From Pseudomonadota bacterium (lineage in GTDB: Bacteria; Pseudomonadota; Gammaproteobacteria; Burkholderiales; REEB80): 64,000 bases of DNA. A program made the translations under genes and the position numbers. The stretch is from positions 323,371 through 387,370 of the forward strand of contig JAGXAQ010000001.1 of assembly GCA_018971485.1 (NCBI GenBank), written 5' to 3'. Below the pieces are notes generated by a model. The model was not told the DNA's origin and searched no databases. It saw only the letters and a program-made list of their open reading frames with translations. Shown piece after piece: positions 10,515-20,945 of the stretch; within the stretch, counting starts at the first letter, position 1, and every line of letters begins with the position of its first letter.

Positions 10515-11098
10515 TGATGGAACGTAGGGATTATGAAACGATTGCGACTTGGATCAAACCCAATGGTAAGGTGTTGGATTTAGGCTGTGGTGATGGTTCG
10601 TTGCTGTATCATCTGATCGGGACCAAAAACGTTCAAGGGTATGGTGTTGAAATTGATGATGCAAAAATCCTTAGTTGCATTGAACGGGGTGTAGACGTGA
10701 TTCAGGTCGACCTTGAGGCGGGACTGTCTGTATTTGAATCTGATTCATTTGATTATGTCATCCTGAGCCAGACTCTCCAGGCTATGCGTCATACGGAAAG
10801 AATAGTTGCAGAAATGCTTCGGGTAGGTCGCCAGGCCATTGTCACCCTGCCTAATTTTGGATACTGGTTGAATCGTTGGCAGCTCTTGGCGGGTCATATG
10901 CCCAAGTCAAGAGAGTTTCCCCATCATTGGTATGACACTCCGAACGTACATTTTTGTACGCTTGCAGATTTTGAGACGTTTTGTGATGATAAAATGATCC
11001 GTATTGTTGAAAAACGCATATTACGAGGCGGTAACCCGGTGAAGATTTTCCCCAATTTATTGGGTAATCTGGCTCTTTATAGGATAGAGCGCAGTTAA
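10514..11098 (+). CDS. metW: methionine biosynthesis protein MetW
   Basis: 'VLDLGCGDGSLL' is a SAM-MTase-like fold motif, and the whole sequence is collinear with MetW. ATG 10514 overlaps the metX stop (TGATG); the ORF opens at GTG 10502. Confidence 0.9.
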   Translation: MMERRDYETIATWIKPNGKVLDLGCGDGSLLYHLIGTKNVQGYGVEIDDAKILSCIERGVDVIQVDLEAGLSVFESDSFDYVILSQTLQAMRHTERIVAEMLRVGRQAIVTLPNFGYWLNRWQLLAGHMPKSREFPHHWYDTPNVHFCTLADFETFCDDKMIRIVEKRILRGGNPVKIFPNLLGNLALYRIERS

Positions 11099-12339
11099 GC
11101 GTTTTGCCCTGTTTTTAATTCGAGAGTATGCGTTCGCATCAGATAAAGCAGGAATAACCCCGGTAAAGAAGTCCCAAGAGAAACCAGGTAAAAAAGGGTC
11201 CACCCCAAATGACTGGCCAGTAAGCCGGCGAAAGGCCCTGCGAAAACCCGGCCTATTGCCGAGAACGCTGAGAACAGGGCAAATTGAGCGGCTGAATAGC
11301 GATGGTCACACAAAGCCATCAGAAATGCTACAAATGCAGTTGTTCCAAGGCCTGATCCGAAGTTTTCTGAACAGACTGCCAGAATCATGGTTAGATAATG
11401 ATGTCCCGTCCAGGCCAGAAACACAAAAGGTATCACCATGAGCATCTGGGCAATGCCAAAATACATAAGGGCGCGGTATAAGCCGAGTCTGACCATGAGC
11501 AGTCCGCCCGTAAAACTTCCGATCATTAATGCAATCAAGCCGCCAATCTTGTAGATTGCCCCAATTTCGGTGGATGTAAATCCAATGTGCTTGAGAAAGA
11601 CTACATTAAGTGAGGTTGCGAAGGCATCACCCAGTTTATAGGAGATGATAAGCAGAAGGAGCATCATAGCGCGCTCACGGGATATAAAACTTTTGAGGGG
11701 TTCGATTACTGCCTGTTTTAAGGTGCGTGGATGGACGATGGTGTCAGATGGATTGGGCGCAAAAAAGGTCCCGATGGATGAAAGCAGCATAATCAGGGCC
11801 ATAAGCCTCCAGGTTGCAGGCCAACCTATCTGATCGGAGAGAATGAGGGAAATAGCCCCTGCTACCAGCATGGCAATTCGGTAACCCAGAACATATGTGG
11901 CTGCTCCCAGCCCGCGTTCCTGCTCTGGGAGTACGTCTGTTCTCCATGCATCAATGACTATGTCCTGTGATGCGGAAGAGAAAGTCAGTATGAGTGCGAG
12001 TAGGCCCAATAACCCGGGATTAATGGATGGATTGACTGAAGCCATGGCGTAAATCAGGATAGACAATATAATCTGTGCCAGCAGAATCCAGCTGCGTCGG
12101 CGTCCCAGTACAGGGATGGCAAAGCGATCCATGAAGGGTGCCCATAAGAATTTGAGCGTATAAGGCAGGCCGACGAGGCTAAACAGGCCAATTGTTTTGA
12201 GGTTGACATGTACGGTTGCCATCCAGGCCTGCAAAGGGCTTGATACCAAGGATAAAGGCAGGCCGGAAGAGAATCCTAGAATGAGAAGGGCACCAATGCG
12301 TCTATTACGAAATGCCTCGAAATAGGGTCTAAAGTTCAT
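11095..12339 (-). CDS. ampG: MFS transporter, AmpG family (muropeptide permease)
   Basis: 414 aa and polytopic. The N-terminal 'LLILGFSSGLPLSLVSSPLQAWM' and 'LKFLWAPFMDRF' motifs are typical of AmpG. Confidence 0.85.
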   Translation of the reverse strand: MNFRPYFEAFRNRRIGALLILGFSSGLPLSLVSSPLQAWMATVHVNLKTIGLFSLVGLPYTLKFLWAPFMDRFAIPVLGRRRSWILLAQIILSILIYAMASVNPSINPGLLGLLALILTFSSASQDIVIDAWRTDVLPEQERGLGAATYVLGYRIAMLVAGAISLILSDQIGWPATWRLMALIMLLSSIGTFFAPNPSDTIVHPRTLKQAVIEPLKSFISRERAMMLLLLIISYKLGDAFATSLNVVFLKHIGFTSTEIGAIYKIGGLIALMIGSFTGGLLMVRLGLYRALMYFGIAQMLMVIPFVFLAWTGHHYLTMILAVCSENFGSGLGTTAFVAFLMALCDHRYSAAQFALFSAFSAIGRVFAGPFAGLLASHLGWTLFYLVSLGTSLPGLFLLYLMRTHTLELKTGQNA

Positions 12340-12395
12340 TTTAGATGAAGGTCGTCAGGAGTATCAGGGATCTGGGGGGAAGCGGTGTTGTATGG

Positions 12396-13169
12396 CTAGA
12401 TTTCATGGGAATACTCAATGGATAAGGGGGCATGATCCGAGAATCGTGATGAAACGTGAATGCCTGCTGCGACGGCGGTATGGGCTATATTGGTAGTGGC
12501 AATCTGATAGTCAATTCGCCAGCCTACATTCTTGGCCCAGGCCTGCCCTCGGTTGGACCACCATGTGTAATGATTCGGCCCTTTTTCAATTTGACGAAAC
12601 ACATCTACAAAGCCTGTTTCATTAAACAGGACATCCAGCCAGGCTCTTTCTTCAGGAAGAAAACCAGAATTTTTACGATTGCCGGCAGGATTGGCCAAAT
12701 CAAGCGGGGTTCGTGCAATATTGATATCACCACAGAGGATAATTTGCTTTCCCTTGTCCTTTAATCGTGACAGGTGGGGCAGAAAACAATCCATGAAACG
12801 ATATTTGGATGCCTGACGTTCTGGTCCGCTGGATCCAGATGGAACATAGACTGAAATAACGGACAAATGATTAAAGTCAACTTGAACATATCGACCTTCA
12901 TCATCAAACTCGGCCACGCCAAATCCGGATGTAACCATTGTTGGCGGGTATCGGGTGTAGATGCCTACACCGCTATAACCTTTTTTTCTGGCAAAGTGAA
13001 AAAAGCCCTGATAACCAGGGGGTTGGAGCATCCCAGAAGCCAAATCAGCTTGTTGTGCCTTGAGTTCCTGTAAGCAGACAATATCTGCATCCTGTTCGGG
13101 AAGCCAGTCAAAAAACCCTTTTGAAGCAGCAGAGCGAATACCGTTGAGATTAAGTGTGATGATGCGCAC
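12396..13169 (-). CDS. exodeoxyribonuclease III / AP endonuclease (EEP superfamily), paralog 1
   Basis: 257 aa with 'MRIITLNLNGIRSA', 'DIVCLQELK', 'GDINIA' and 'SDHAPLSIE'. Confidence 0.9.
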   Translation of the reverse strand: MRIITLNLNGIRSAASKGFFDWLPEQDADIVCLQELKAQQADLASGMLQPPGYQGFFHFARKKGYSGVGIYTRYPPTMVTSGFGVAEFDDEGRYVQVDFNHLSVISVYVPSGSSGPERQASKYRFMDCFLPHLSRLKDKGKQIILCGDINIARTPLDLANPAGNRKNSGFLPEERAWLDVLFNETGFVDVFRQIEKGPNHYTWWSNRGQAWAKNVGWRIDYQIATTNIAHTAVAAGIHVSSRFSDHAPLSIEYSHEI

Positions 13170-13314
13170 AATTAAGTTTCTTTTATCTGATTTTGAAAAA
13201 GCATACTTTATTTTATGAAAAAGACGAAAGGTTTTGTTTGCTGGGAAGGCAGGGCAGGTTAGACCCGGGCTGGATGGTAGACAGGTAAGATGGCATCAAA
13301 TGATATACTGTATC

Positions 13315-13977
13315 ATGTCTATGGGAGATATCAGGATTGTGAAAAACTTAAGCCAGGAATTTATACGTTTTGCGATTGAATCCCAGGTTTTAGTCTTTGG
13401 CGAGTTTAAGACCAAGGCGGGACGGCAAAGCCCCTATTTTTTTAATGCGGGGTTATTTAATGATGGCGTAAGACTGGCCCGGTTGGGTCATTTCTATGCG
13501 CGTGCACTTGTTGACTCAGGTGCGGCATTTGATATGTTGTTTGGACCTGCTTATAAAGGAATCCCGCTGGTTGCGTCAATAGTTGTTGCCTTAAGCAGTA
13601 TGGGCATCAATGTTCCTTTTGCTTTTAATCGCAAGGAGGCCAAAGATCATGGTGAAGGTGGTGTAACGGTGGGTGCACTGCTTAAAGGTCGTGTCTTTAT
13701 AGTGGACGATGTTATTTCTGCCGGTACATCGGTACGGGAGTCGGTTGAGATAATTCAACGAAACGGTGCCCATCCCGCAGGGGTTCTTATTGCACTCGAT
13801 CGCCAGGAACGCGGTGGAGGTGAGCTGTCAGCCGTTCAGGAGGTTCGTCGTGATTTTGGCCTGGATGTTTTCAGTATAGCCACTCTGGAAGATTTACTCA
13901 TGCATATTCAGGAGTCCCCGCAGTTTCGCCAGTATGTGTCTGCAGTACAGGCATATCGGATGACTTATGGTGTTTAA
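13315..13977 (+). CDS. pyrE: orotate phosphoribosyltransferase
   Basis: Collinear with E. coli PyrE ('[22 protein letters not shown]', '[10 protein letters not shown]', '[13 protein letters not shown]', '[10 protein letters not shown]'). The start is uncertain. ATG 13315/13321 or GTG 13339 are possible, and GTG 13339 aligns best with the E. coli N-terminus. Confidence 0.93.
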   Translation: MSMGDIRIVKNLSQEFIRFAIESQVLVFGEFKTKAGRQSPYFFNAGLFNDGVRLARLGHFYARALVDSGAAFDMLFGPAYKGIPLVASIVVALSSMGINVPFAFNRKEAKDHGEGGVTVGALLKGRVFIVDDVISAGTSVRESVEIIQRNGAHPAGVLIALDRQERGGGELSAVQEVRRDFGLDVFSIATLEDLLMHIQESPQFRQYVSAVQAYRMTYGV

Positions 13978-13982
13978 GCTGC

Positions 13983-14006
13983 CAGCCCTGGATTCATCCA
14001 GGGCTG
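13983..14006 (+). terminator. perfect 10-bp stem-loop downstream of pyrE (possible terminator; no U-tract)
   Basis: CAGCCCTGGA-ttca-TCCAGGGCTG, 6 nt after the pyrE stop, followed by AAAACA rather than a T-run. Confidence 0.4.
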
Positions 14007-14105
14007 AAAACATGAAAGACGTCCTGGCATGCAGCATTGTTATCTTGAGTAAAGAATAAGTTTTTTTCATTTTAAATTTTTTTTAATTGGCCGGATCATT
14101 TAGAT

Positions 14106-16154
14106 ATGGTGAGTCATTTTAATCCGTTGCTTGATTTCTCAACGCTTCCAAGATTTTCGGAGATCCTTCCTGAACATGTTGGCCCAGCATTGGATCGCTT
14201 GATCGCAAAAGCGCAGGCTTGTCTTGAACAGGTAACCCATAACGAAACACCTGCAACCTGGGAGACGGTGGTGCATCCCTTGGATCAGGCAAAGGAGCGG
14301 TTGGCACGGGCTTGGTCACAGGTGTCTCACCTGAATGCTGTCATGAACTGCCCCCAATTGCGGGAAGCCTATAATGTCAGCTTACCCAAGATAACGACAT
14401 TTTATGCTTCTATGGCTCAGGATGTTCGCTTGTTTCAAAAATATCGGGCCATTTCGAAGAGCCCCGGGTTTTCCGATCTGGATCCAGTTCGTCAAAGGGT
14501 TCTGGAAAAGGCGCTTCTGGATTTTCGATTAGGTGGAGCGGAGCTAGGGCCAGAAGAAAAGAAGCGTTTTCTGGTAATACAGGAAGAACTGTCTAGCCTG
14601 GCTGCGCGGTTTGAAGAGCATGTCATGGATGCAACAGATTCTTTTGAATACTGGATTGAGGAAAAGGAGACCCTTGCAGGTGTACCCGCCGATTATATTG
14701 AACAGGCTGCTCAATTGGCCGGTTCAAAAGGAAAAAAAGGGTATGTGCTGAGTCTTCAGGCTCCAGTAGTGATGGCTGTACTTCAGTATGCCAGTAACCG
14801 GGATCTCAGGGAGCGCATTTATCGTGCGTGGTCAACAAGGGCTTCAGATTTAGGGCCGGCTGAATGGGACAATAGTGAACTGATGTTACGGATTATTCAA
14901 TTGCGGCAACAAGAGGCCCATCTGTTGGGATTTGGGAATTATGCTGAACTGTCCCTGCAGACCAAGATGGCCCCTTCGGTCAAGGCTGTGATGGATTTTC
15001 TTGAAAATTTGGCAGTCTGTGCAAAACCTTATGCAGAGCGTGACTGGGCCGATCTTAATGAGTTTGCCCGAAATCGCCTTCATATGCGTGAATTGCAAGC
15101 CTGGGATATTTCTTATGTGTCTGAAAAATTGCGTCTTGAGCGGTTTGATTTTTCAGAAGAGGAGGTACGGGAGTACTTTCCGGTTGAAGAAGTTATCCAG
15201 GGATTGTTTTCCTTGGCTGAGCAGCTCTACGGCCTTCATATTGTGGAGCAGCATGGGGTAAGTAAATGGCATCCCGATGTGTGCTTTTATGAGATTACAG
15301 GGTCGGAAGGCTTGCCTGTTGGATATTTTTATATGGATCTTTATGCCCGCCCGATGAAACGGGGTGGGGCGTGGATGGATGAGGCCATTAGCCGACATAG
15401 AAGTGAGAATGGCCTGCAAGCCCCCGTGGCCTTATTGACCTGTAATTTTTCCCCTCCGATTGGAGGGCGTTCTGCCTTGTTGACCCATGATGATGTTCTG
15501 ACGCTTTTTCATGAGTTTGGTCATGGGCTGCACCATCTTCTGACTGAGATAGATGAAATTGAATTGTCCGGTATTCATGGTGTTGAATGGGATGCAGTAG
15601 AGTTACCAAGTCAATTTATGGAAAATTTTTGTTGGGATTGGCAGGTGCTTTCAAGGATGAGCAAGCATGTTGGAACAGGTATGCGCTTTCCCAGGCAGCT
15701 ATATGATCGCATGCTGGCTTCCCGGTACTTTCAGGCAGGACTACAGCTGTTGCGTCAGGTGGAGTATTCCCTGTTTGATATGCAGTTGCATGCCAGACAG
15801 GATTTAGGAAACCCGGAAGCAATACTTGATCTGCTAGATAAGGTAAGGCATCAGGTTGCTGTAGTGTTTCCTCCTTCCTTTAATCGTCTTCCCCATGCAT
15901 TTAGCCATATTTTTGCCGGGGGGTATGCAGCAGGTTATTATAGTTATAAATGGGCTGAAGTCTTATCTGCAGATGCTTTTGAATTGTTTGAGGAAAAAGG
16001 GGTGGTTAATTTGGATCTGGGAAACCGGTTTCGAAAAGAAGTTTTATCCAGGGGAGGTAGCCGGGATGCCATGGAATCATTTGTGGCTTTTCGAGGCAGG
16101 CAGCCCAGAATTGATGCCTTATTGCGTGCTAGCGGGATGAAGTCGGCAGGGTAG
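14106..16154 (+). CDS. prlC: oligopeptidase A (M3 family zinc metallopeptidase)
   Basis: 682 aa with the zinc motif 'HEFGHGLHH' and 'GGYAAGYYSYKWAEVLSADAF'. Confidence 0.93.
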   Translation: MVSHFNPLLDFSTLPRFSEILPEHVGPALDRLIAKAQACLEQVTHNETPATWETVVHPLDQAKERLARAWSQVSHLNAVMNCPQLREAYNVSLPKITTFYASMAQDVRLFQKYRAISKSPGFSDLDPVRQRVLEKALLDFRLGGAELGPEEKKRFLVIQEELSSLAARFEEHVMDATDSFEYWIEEKETLAGVPADYIEQAAQLAGSKGKKGYVLSLQAPVVMAVLQYASNRDLRERIYRAWSTRASDLGPAEWDNSELMLRIIQLRQQEAHLLGFGNYAELSLQTKMAPSVKAVMDFLENLAVCAKPYAERDWADLNEFARNRLHMRELQAWDISYVSEKLRLERFDFSEEEVREYFPVEEVIQGLFSLAEQLYGLHIVEQHGVSKWHPDVCFYEITGSEGLPVGYFYMDLYARPMKRGGAWMDEAISRHRSENGLQAPVALLTCNFSPPIGGRSALLTHDDVLTLFHEFGHGLHHLLTEIDEIELSGIHGVEWDAVELPSQFMENFCWDWQVLSRMSKHVGTGMRFPRQLYDRMLASRYFQAGLQLLRQVEYSLFDMQLHARQDLGNPEAILDLLDKVRHQVAVVFPPSFNRLPHAFSHIFAGGYAAGYYSYKWAEVLSADAFELFEEKGVVNLDLGNRFRKEVLSRGGSRDAMESFVAFRGRQPRIDALLRASGMKSAG

Positions 16155-16248
16155 AATGGATAGGCAGGAATTTTTGGTCTTTAAGCCGGGGAAAATTTCA
16201 GCCTATTGTGCCAGATGAATAGATATGATGTACAAATCAGGTTAAATC

Positions 16249-17007
16249 ATGAAAATTGCAACATGGAATGTCAATTCGCTAAAGGTGCGATTACCCCATC
16301 TGGTTGGTTGGCTGGGAGAGAATTTACCAGATGTCATCTGTTTGCAGGAAACCAAGCTGCCGGATGACAGATTTCCTGCATCTGCCTTGAAAGAGGCTGG
16401 TTACGAGGCTGTTTGGTCTGGTCAGAATACATATAATGGAGTGGCGATTATCAGCCGCCATCCTGTGACCGAGGTGGTAGCGGGTATCCCCGGTTTTGTT
16501 GATGAGCAAAAACGAGTGCTGGCTGCAACAGCTAAAGGAATACGGATTATTTGCGTTTATGTCCCGAATGGTCAAAGCCCACAGTCAGAAAAATATGCCT
16601 ATAAGCTGGCCTGGCTTGAGGCATTAACGGCTTATGTTGCCAATGAGCTGGCCCAGTATCCAGAACTGTTGCTGCTGGGTGATTTCAATATTGCACCGGA
16701 AGATAAGGACGTACATGATCCCGCATTATGGATGGGGCAGATTCTGGTTAGCCCGCCAGAGCGGGCCGCATTTAATACGCTTATCCAGCTGGGTCTGACA
16801 GATTGTTTCCGGAAGTTTAGCCAGGAGCCAGGCCAATATAGCTGGTGGGATTATCGTATGAACGCATTCAGGCGTAATATGGGGATGCGTATTGATCATA
16901 TTCTGGCGAGTGAAGTCATTCTGGGCAAGATCTCGGGTTGTCTGATGGATCGCATGGTCAGGGCACAAGAGCAGCCATCGGATCATGTTCCCGTCATGAT
17001 ATTTTGA
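16249..17007 (+). CDS. xthA: exodeoxyribonuclease III (XthA-like), paralog 2
   Basis: 252 aa with 'MKIATWNVNSLKVRL', 'DVICLQETK', 'GDFNIAP', 'YSWWDYR' and 'SDHVPV'. It is closer to E. coli XthA than paralog 1. Confidence 0.9.
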   Translation: MKIATWNVNSLKVRLPHLVGWLGENLPDVICLQETKLPDDRFPASALKEAGYEAVWSGQNTYNGVAIISRHPVTEVVAGIPGFVDEQKRVLAATAKGIRIICVYVPNGQSPQSEKYAYKLAWLEALTAYVANELAQYPELLLLGDFNIAPEDKDVHDPALWMGQILVSPPERAAFNTLIQLGLTDCFRKFSQEPGQYSWWDYRMNAFRRNMGMRIDHILASEVILGKISGCLMDRMVRAQEQPSDHVPVMIF

Positions 17008-17031
17008 GTTTGGCTTTTATTAAAAATTGAC

Positions 17032-19059
17032 TTAGTTTTCACCAGACAGAATGGTATTGGCTAGCGTATCTATCTGAATGGCACTGCCAAGCAGGGCAGA
17101 AACACTTGGATGCATGATGGGTGCAGAATATGCCGGAGGTGAACTGGTTTGATGTTGATTTAGTATATCCAGCGCATGGTTTAGGTAGGTCTTAGCAGAA
17201 ATGATCCCGGCCAGTGTCGCAGCCTGGTCAGGCATTAATCCTATTTTGAAGAGGCTGGCCGTGATAGCTGCCATATTTTGGCTTTCCCGTAAAAAATTGC
17301 TAATGGGACCAGGCGGAGGCTGCCGGTTCTTGGGCTCTCCCAACATGCGCTGAAAGCTTGCTCCAAGATTGGCGAGTTCAAGAGTAAGCTGTTTTCTGGC
17401 CATTCGGTATTCAAGTTCACTTGGTGGCTGACCACGATATGTGGTTGCCAGGATTTCCAGAAAATGAATCTGTGCGGCCAGTAGTCTGGGCAGGAGTTTC
17501 CTGAGGTATTCATATTCCCAGTATGGGAATAGCCAGCTTGCCATAAATGCGATTATGGAGCCGATGAGGGTATCAATAAACCGTTCTCCTAACAGTGATA
17601 ACCCTGTAACGCCTAGAAGGGCATATACAATCAGCATGAACGGAGTGATACAGACCACACTTAGTGTGTATTGTACGGTTCTCATGCTAAGACTGATGAT
17701 CTGGAACAGAAAAAGCAAAGGCATCAGGATAAGTGGATTGTGTGTCAGGTAGAGAATGATCCCCCCTACAACGCAACCGATAGCGGTACCAACAAGTCGT
17801 TCGGTATTTTTTTGTCGGCTCAGACCAAATTCAGGTTTCATGATGACAAAGATGGTCAACAGGATCCAGTAGCTATGTCCTGTGGGGAAGAACTCACTGA
17901 TCAGGATGCCGCATGTGACTCCAATCATAACACGCAGGGCATGACGAAAGGTTGGGGAATGCATGCCCAGGTTAGCCAGAAAGATACGGGGGCCGTATCG
18001 GGGGCGAGGAGCGAAACGGTATAGTTCAACTGGAGATAAATGATGTGTGGGCTGATCCTTTAAAGCCTGAATCCGTCTTGCTGATTCATTAATATTGTTA
18101 AGGACCTGGGCAAGGGCAGAAGATGCCGGGATCCTTGTTGCCTCTGGCAGAACAAGGGGAGCAGGAGGAGTGTAGCCGGGCCAGGGGTCATGTTTGAGCA
18201 GGCATAGACCTATTTGATCAAGCCGGGAGGCCAGCTGATCAATCTGTTCGATTGCAGTCTGGATAATGGGCGAGCACCCAAACTGGTCCTGCACCAGTTT
18301 GTAATCTGCATGGGCAGACAGAATATGTTCATCAAGATCAATGAGCGTGACCAGCAGGTTGGCCAGTTCCCCGAATTGGTCCTTATGGTCTGGATACTCT
18401 GTAAACAGGAGTTCACGGGCGACTTGCTGGGCATCGGTTAATGAGGTTTGTATGGATGCGAGTTTTAGTTCTGCTGATTTCAGATCCCGGGTTGAAGTAA
18501 TCAGCGCTGATTTTGCACGCAAGTAGCCCGCTGTCTGAAAAACGCATTCCGCGATGGCCTGCTGGGCCTGACGCTGTCTGATGAACTGGCACACAGTCAG
18601 ACTGAAAGCGGCGTACCAAACCCCGCCGCCCAGTACAAGCAGGGCGTTGGCTCCTGCCCCCCCATGTTGATTATCCATGCTGAGTATCATGACGAGTAAA
18701 GCGGCGAAACCGATACTGTTTACCCGGGTTCCATAGGCCGCAAACAAGGAAAAGAAAAAACTCATTGAAATGACACAAAGCCAGAGTAAAGGTTCATAGA
18801 AGCTGGCCAACCCGGTTATCCAGGCGGTAAGAGCCATGCAAAGAGCACAGGCAAGCATTTCAATCCGCTTATAGCGTAATGCGCCAGGAAGATCGGCATA
18901 GCTTGCAGCAACGGCCCCTATTGAAAGACCTATTCCTGTATGAAGATGTCCAAGAAATCCAAATAAAAAAGCAGGAGCCAGACCCCCGGTCGCAGCACGC
19001 AGGGCGCCGTGGAAACGTGCACCATAAGAAAACCGATTGAACGTTTCGTGTCGTGTCAT
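17032..19059 (-). CDS. FUSC-family integral membrane protein (YccS/YhfK-like)
   Basis: 675 aa. Two multi-TM blocks are separated by a long cytoplasmic helical region, the architecture typical of fusaric-acid-resistance-like proteins. Confidence 0.7.
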   Translation of the reverse strand: MTRHETFNRFSYGARFHGALRAATGGLAPAFLFGFLGHLHTGIGLSIGAVAASYADLPGALRYKRIEMLACALCMALTAWITGLASFYEPLLWLCVISMSFFFSLFAAYGTRVNSIGFAALLVMILSMDNQHGGAGANALLVLGGGVWYAAFSLTVCQFIRQRQAQQAIAECVFQTAGYLRAKSALITSTRDLKSAELKLASIQTSLTDAQQVARELLFTEYPDHKDQFGELANLLVTLIDLDEHILSAHADYKLVQDQFGCSPIIQTAIEQIDQLASRLDQIGLCLLKHDPWPGYTPPAPLVLPEATRIPASSALAQVLNNINESARRIQALKDQPTHHLSPVELYRFAPRPRYGPRIFLANLGMHSPTFRHALRVMIGVTCGILISEFFPTGHSYWILLTIFVIMKPEFGLSRQKNTERLVGTAIGCVVGGIILYLTHNPLILMPLLFLFQIISLSMRTVQYTLSVVCITPFMLIVYALLGVTGLSLLGERFIDTLIGSIIAFMASWLFPYWEYEYLRKLLPRLLAAQIHFLEILATTYRGQPPSELEYRMARKQLTLELANLGASFQRMLGEPKNRQPPPGPISNFLRESQNMAAITASLFKIGLMPDQAATLAGIISAKTYLNHALDILNQHQTSSPPAYSAPIMHPSVSALLGSAIQIDTLANTILSGEN

Positions 19060-19154
19060 GAAGGCCTTGTCGGTGATAAGAATGGAATGATTGTGATTTG
19101 ACAGCCAACAGTAACGGATAATAGAGGGTTAATGCGTTTGACTCAACACAAAGG

Positions 19155-20567
19155 CTAGTTTTCTGATGGATCCTCATCAGGATTGATATGAAATTCTTGA
19201 ATCTTGCGAGTCAGGGTGTTGCGGCCAAGACCCAGGAGTTGGGCAGCTTCAATTTTCCGTCCTTGAGTGAAATGCAAAGCAGTTTCAATTAGGGTCATTT
19301 CAAAATCCCGTGATAATCCCGGGAAAATGTCGTGTTCCCCTTTACTGAGTTTCACATGTGCAAGATGGGCCAGGGAATGTTGCCATGTGGCTGTTTCTGT
19401 GGTCGTTTCTTGAGGGTGTTCTCGTAGGTTTTGCGGCATGTCAGAAAGTGTGAGTTTTTGCCCAGGTGCCATAACTGTAAGATAGCGGCAAAGATTTTCG
19501 AGTTCACGCACATTTCCCGGAAAGGATAAAGTAGCCAGATGATTCGCCAGTTCAATAGTCAGTGTTTTAGGTTCTACATTCAGCTCAAGGGCACTTTTCT
19601 GCAAGAAATGTTTGGCTAGCAGTGGGATGTCTTCCCGTCTTTCCCTTAAAGCTGGCAAATGAAGCCGGATGACATTGAGTCTATAAAAGAGGTCTTCGCG
19701 GAACAGTCCTTCCTGGACTCGTGCCTCCAAATCCTGATGCGTGGCAGCTATAATTCTAACATCTACATGTACAGGGGAATGTCCGCCTACCCGATAAAAA
19801 CGGCCATCAGACAGAACGCGTAGAAGCCGCGTTTGAAGTGCGGCGGGCATATCTCCGATTTCGTCGAGGAAGAGTGTGCCCCCATGGGCTTGCTCAAACC
19901 TGCCCTGTCGAAGATTCTGGGCTCCTGTAAATGCTCCCCGCTCGTGGCCGAATAGTTCGGATTCCAGCAGATCTGCAGGGATTGCAGCGGTATTGATAGC
20001 AATGAAGGGTCTGGATGCACGAGGGCTGTGGCGATGAAGGGCTGATGCTACCAGCTCTTTTCCTGTGCCGGATTCACCATTAATCATTACCGTGACATGG
20101 GATTGGGCCAGGCGTCCTATCGCCCGAAAGACCTCCTGCATGGTTGGTGCCTGTCCCAGAATTTCTGGTACAGTGTCTTGATTCTGCCCCGCAATTTGCA
20201 ATGGTTCATTTTCGTTCAGGGTTCGTTGAACCAGTTCAATGGTGGCATTAATGTCGAAAGGTTTGGGCAGGTATTCAAATGCGCCTTGCTGGAATGCATT
20301 GACTGCGCTATCCAGATCAGAATGGGCGGTCATGATGATCACAGGCAGGCGTGGAAAAGAAGCCCTGACGGAGGTTAGAAAATCCAGGCCTGATTCTCCT
20401 GGCATCCGGATATCACAGATGATTAATGCGGGAGTTTCAGCATCCAGGGCAGCATGGGCCTGTGCAGCATTCGGAAAAGTGCGATGTGGGATGTTCGCAC
20501 GGGTTAAGGCTTTTTCAAAGACCCAGCGGATTGATCGGTCATCATCAATAATCCAAACTGCTTGCAT
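19155..20567 (-). CDS. ntrC: nitrogen regulation response regulator NtrC (REC + sigma-54 AAA+ + Fis-type HTH)
   Basis: '[18 protein letters not shown]' and '[10 protein letters not shown]' mark the REC domain. Walker A 'GESGTGKE' and the GAFTGA loop 'ERGAFTGA' are present. The C-terminal HTH is '[16 protein letters not shown]'. Confidence 0.95.
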   Translation of the reverse strand: MQAVWIIDDDRSIRWVFEKALTRANIPHRTFPNAAQAHAALDAETPALIICDIRMPGESGLDFLTSVRASFPRLPVIIMTAHSDLDSAVNAFQQGAFEYLPKPFDINATIELVQRTLNENEPLQIAGQNQDTVPEILGQAPTMQEVFRAIGRLAQSHVTVMINGESGTGKELVASALHRHSPRASRPFIAINTAAIPADLLESELFGHERGAFTGAQNLRQGRFEQAHGGTLFLDEIGDMPAALQTRLLRVLSDGRFYRVGGHSPVHVDVRIIAATHQDLEARVQEGLFREDLFYRLNVIRLHLPALRERREDIPLLAKHFLQKSALELNVEPKTLTIELANHLATLSFPGNVRELENLCRYLTVMAPGQKLTLSDMPQNLREHPQETTTETATWQHSLAHLAHVKLSKGEHDIFPGLSRDFEMTLIETALHFTQGRKIEAAQLLGLGRNTLTRKIQEFHINPDEDPSEN

Positions 20568-20945
20568 GGGCTACCTTTCAGGTTCTAGATTAATTCTGGT
20601 TACTTCTGGCCGTATGTTTTGGCCAGGTTGTTTTTTGTAAAATCAAATGCACTGAACATTGTTTTTCAGGTTAAAACCCCAAATTAATTTAAGGCTGGTT
20701 ATTGCCAGCATATTGATATTATTTATCCATTTTCGTAGTTCCGGTCAATTTAATCTTGGAGGCTTTATGTTATCTTGCGCAGGTGAATTCAAGTTCAGAA
20801 AGAAAAGACACCCTCCTTGCTTCTAACTACCGGATTAAAGGGGAGCGAAGCTGTTTTTGCCTGAAACTGTTCGCTTTCAATCATCCGGACTATTTTGGTG
20901 CTGATTGCTGGTTTAAAGGGCCAGTTAAAGTTATGTAAGCAAGAA

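Noticed and set aside
20698-20712. Sigma-54-like 'TGGCAATAACCAGCC' on the minus strand of the ntrB-ntrC spacer
   Set aside because: The GG-to-GC spacing is 9 nt instead of 10, and the -12 region does not match TTGC.
20756-20938. 60-aa plus-strand ORF (TTG start) inside the ntrB-ntrC spacer
   Set aside because: It has no SD and unremarkable composition, and it is antisense to the operon. It is kept only as context for the spacer finding and is not called as a gene.
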